A DNA stretch of 64,000 bases, taken from Pseudomonadota bacterium. Lineage in GTDB: Bacteria; Desulfobacterota; Desulfarculia; Desulfarculales; Desulfarculaceae. The notes under the pieces are model-generated. The model searched no databases and was not told the origin of the DNA. It was given only the letters and a program-made list of their open reading frames with translations. The stretch spans positions 1,689 through 65,688 of the forward strand of contig JAZDHW010000172.1 in assembly GCA_043805555.1 (NCBI GenBank). The letters are read 5' to 3'. Every line of letters begins with the position of its first letter. Within the stretch, counting starts at the first letter, position 1. A program made the translations under genes and the position numbers. This document shows positions 62,166 to 64,000 of the stretch, piece by piece.

Positions 62166-63176
62166 ATGAGCACCACAGCTCCCGGCATACTGATTGTCGA
62201 TGATTCGCATCTCGCCCGTTCGTCCATCGTGGACAGCCTGGGAAGGGCTGGCTATGACCATCTGGCCCAGGCCGCCTCGGCCGCCGAGGCCCTGGCCTCG
62301 CTGACTGCGGCGGAGGCCGCCGGCCGCGGCTTTGACCTGGTCCTGCTGGACATCATCATGGAAGGCCAGAGCGGCATCGAGTTTTGCCGCGGGCTCAAGC
62401 AGGACGCCCATCTGCGCGACATCCCGGTGATCATGGTCACCGCCAAAGTGGACATGGACAGCCTGCGCGAGGCCTTCGCGGCCGGGGCCAACGACTATAT
62501 CGGCAAGCCCATCAGCGAGGTGGAGCTGTTGGCCCGGGTGCGCTCGGCCCTGGCGCTGAAGGCCGAGACCGACCGCCGCAAGACCCGCGAGGCGAAGCTG
62601 CACGACCTGGCCGCCAAGCTTTCCACGGCCAACCGCGAGCTGCGGGCCCGGTCCAACCTGGACGGCCTGACCCTGGTGGCCAATCGCCGGTTTTTTGACG
62701 AGACCCTGGCCAAGGAATGGAGCCGCTGCCTGCGCCGGGAGGCGCCCCTGGCGCTGTTGATGGTGGACGTGGACCAGTTCAAGGCCTATAACGACAAGTG
62801 GGGTCATCTGGCCGGCGACGACTGCCTGCGCCAGGTGGCCCGCACCCTGGTGCGGGGCGTCAAGCGCCCCGGCGACCTGGTGGCCCGCTACGGCGGCGAG
62901 GAGTTCGTGGTGCTGTTGCCCGAGACCGACGCGGCCGGCGCCATGGTTCTGGCCGAGCAGTTGCGCGTGGACCTGCAAGCCCTGGGCCTGGAGCACCCCG
63001 GCTCCAGCGTGGCCCCGGTGGTGACCATCAGCCTGGGCGCGGCGGCGCTGGCGCCCGGCCCGGCCGAGGAGCCCAGCCGGGTGGTGCAGATGGCCGACCA
63101 GGCCCTGTACCGGGCCAAGCACCAGGGCCGCAATTGCTGCAAACTCTACGACCCAGCCAAGGACGGACCGGCGTGA
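62166..63176 (+). CDS. Response regulator-diguanylate cyclase (REC-GGDEF)
   Basis: ILIVDDS...LLDIIMEG...GKP followed by RYGGEEFVVLL. Confidence 0.85.
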   Translation: MSTTAPGILIVDDSHLARSSIVDSLGRAGYDHLAQAASAAEALASLTAAEAAGRGFDLVLLDIIMEGQSGIEFCRGLKQDAHLRDIPVIMVTAKVDMDSLREAFAAGANDYIGKPISEVELLARVRSALALKAETDRRKTREAKLHDLAAKLSTANRELRARSNLDGLTLVANRRFFDETLAKEWSRCLRREAPLALLMVDVDQFKAYNDKWGHLAGDDCLRQVARTLVRGVKRPGDLVARYGGEEFVVLLPETDAAGAMVLAEQLRVDLQALGLEHPGSSVAPVVTISLGAAALAPGPAEEPSRVVQMADQALYRAKHQGRNCCKLYDPAKDGPA

Positions 63177-63832
63177 TCGACCTGCACTCCCACACCATCT
63201 TCAGCGACGGCGAGCTGATCCCGGCCGAGCTGATCCAGCGGGCCGAGGTCAAGGGGCTCATCGGCATCGCGCTCACCGACCATGCCGACATGAGCAACCT
63301 GGATCTCATCGTGCCCCGGGTGCGCCGGGCCTGCCTGGCGCTGAACCGCCAGCACCGGGTGCAGGCCCTGCCCGGCGTGGAGCTGACCCACGTGCCGCCG
63401 GCCTTGATCCCGGACCTGATCAAGCAGGCCCGCGACCTGGGCGCGGCCATCGTGGTGGTGCACGGCGAGACCATCGTGGAGCCGGTGCCGGCCGGCACCA
63501 ACCTGGCCGCGCTCCAGGGCGGGGCCGATCTCCTGGCCCACCCCGGCCTGCTCACGCCCGCGGAAGCCGCCCTGGCCGCCGAAAGGGGCGTGCTGCTGGA
63601 GCTGAGCGCCCGCAAGGGCCACTGCCTGGGCAACGGCCGGGTGGCGGCCCTGGCCCGGGCGGCCGGGGCCGCGCTGGTGGTCAACACCGACACCCACGCG
63701 CCGGGCGACCTCATCGACCACGCCCAGGCCGAGCGGGTGGCCCTGGGCGCCGGGCTCGATCCCGCCGAGGTGGCGGCCGTGTTCGCCGCGGCCCAGGCCT
63801 TCCTGACCAAGGCCATGGAGACGCTCTCCTGA
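63173..63832 (+). CDS. PHP-domain phosphoesterase
   Basis: The sequence contains VIDLHSHTIFSDG, ALTDHAD and NTDTHAP. The GTG start overlaps the upstream stop (GTGA). Confidence 0.75.
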   Translation: MIDLHSHTIFSDGELIPAELIQRAEVKGLIGIALTDHADMSNLDLIVPRVRRACLALNRQHRVQALPGVELTHVPPALIPDLIKQARDLGAAIVVVHGETIVEPVPAGTNLAALQGGADLLAHPGLLTPAEAALAAERGVLLELSARKGHCLGNGRVAALARAAGAALVVNTDTHAPGDLIDHAQAERVALGAGLDPAEVAAVFAAAQAFLTKAMETLS

Positions 63833-64000
63833 CCCCGGCGGCGCCCAGCCCGGCCGCGCCGGTCTTCGCCCTGATCCACGTCCACACCACCCAGAGCGAC
63901 GGCACCGCCGACGTGGCCGCCATCGCCGCGGCCGCCCGCCGGGCCGGGGTGGCGGTGGTGATGCTCAGCGACCACGACCAGCTCTCGGCCGGTTTCGGCT
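63829..64000 (+). CDS. Second PHP-like protein, 5' part (continues beyond the window; start not resolved)
   Basis: The frame reads ...FALIHVHTTQSDGTADV...VVMLSDHDQL. No ATG start could be identified. Confidence 0.35.
   Translation, partial: MTPAAPSPAAPVFALIHVHTTQSDGTADVAAIAAAARRAGVAVVMLSDHDQLSAGFG

Overview
This is a very GC-rich chromosomal segment, roughly two-thirds G+C by eye. Its gene content looks like a sulfate-reducing Desulfobacterota (Desulfovibrio-like) genome. Housekeeping genes are dense: fbp, tsaD, rsmA, panCD, metK-ahcY, lptFG, a dgt-like gene, nadK, miaB, ispB, prmA, tRNA-Arg(CCT) and tRNA-His(GTG). Several accessory blocks are interleaved with them. (1) At the left end, an NtrC-type sigma-54 two-component system sits with a near-consensus sigma-54 promoter, a Liv-type ABC importer and an acyl-CoA ligase. 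(2) A Mo-pterin aldehyde oxidoreductase (mop, 905 aa) is followed on the same strand by six translationally coupled genes with no established pathway role: a flavo/Fe-S/CCG oxidoreductase, a Zn-ribbon protein, a SAM methyltransferase, a C_GCAxxG_C_C protein, a Zn-ribbon radical SAM enzyme and a PaaK/F390-type adenylating ligase. (3) A conspicuously AT-rich 1.7-kb island carries one pentapeptide-repeat membrane protein and is bracketed by two identical 17-bp palindromes. (4) A DUF134 / DUF5320 / NifX-like / Mrp / MinD-ferredoxin cluster follows, with one member frameshifted. (5) A 171-bp MITE-like element built from five hairpins occurs three times, and a wider family of intergenic hairpins shares a CCATCCATGG apex. 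(6) A decayed integration site at tRNA-Arg holds an integrase stub and an internally deleted IS3. (7) A tandem pair of HesB/IscA-like genes has an upstream copy that reads through an in-frame TGA followed by a SECIS-like hairpin, so it is a likely selenoprotein missed by the ORF track. (8) An N-acyl-synthase-like GNAT is fused to a cNMP-binding domain. No rRNA or CRISPR array was seen. Many of the longest ORFs in the supplied track are antisense or off-frame high-GC artefacts and were not called. All family assignments come from motifs read by eye and need HMM or BLAST confirmation.
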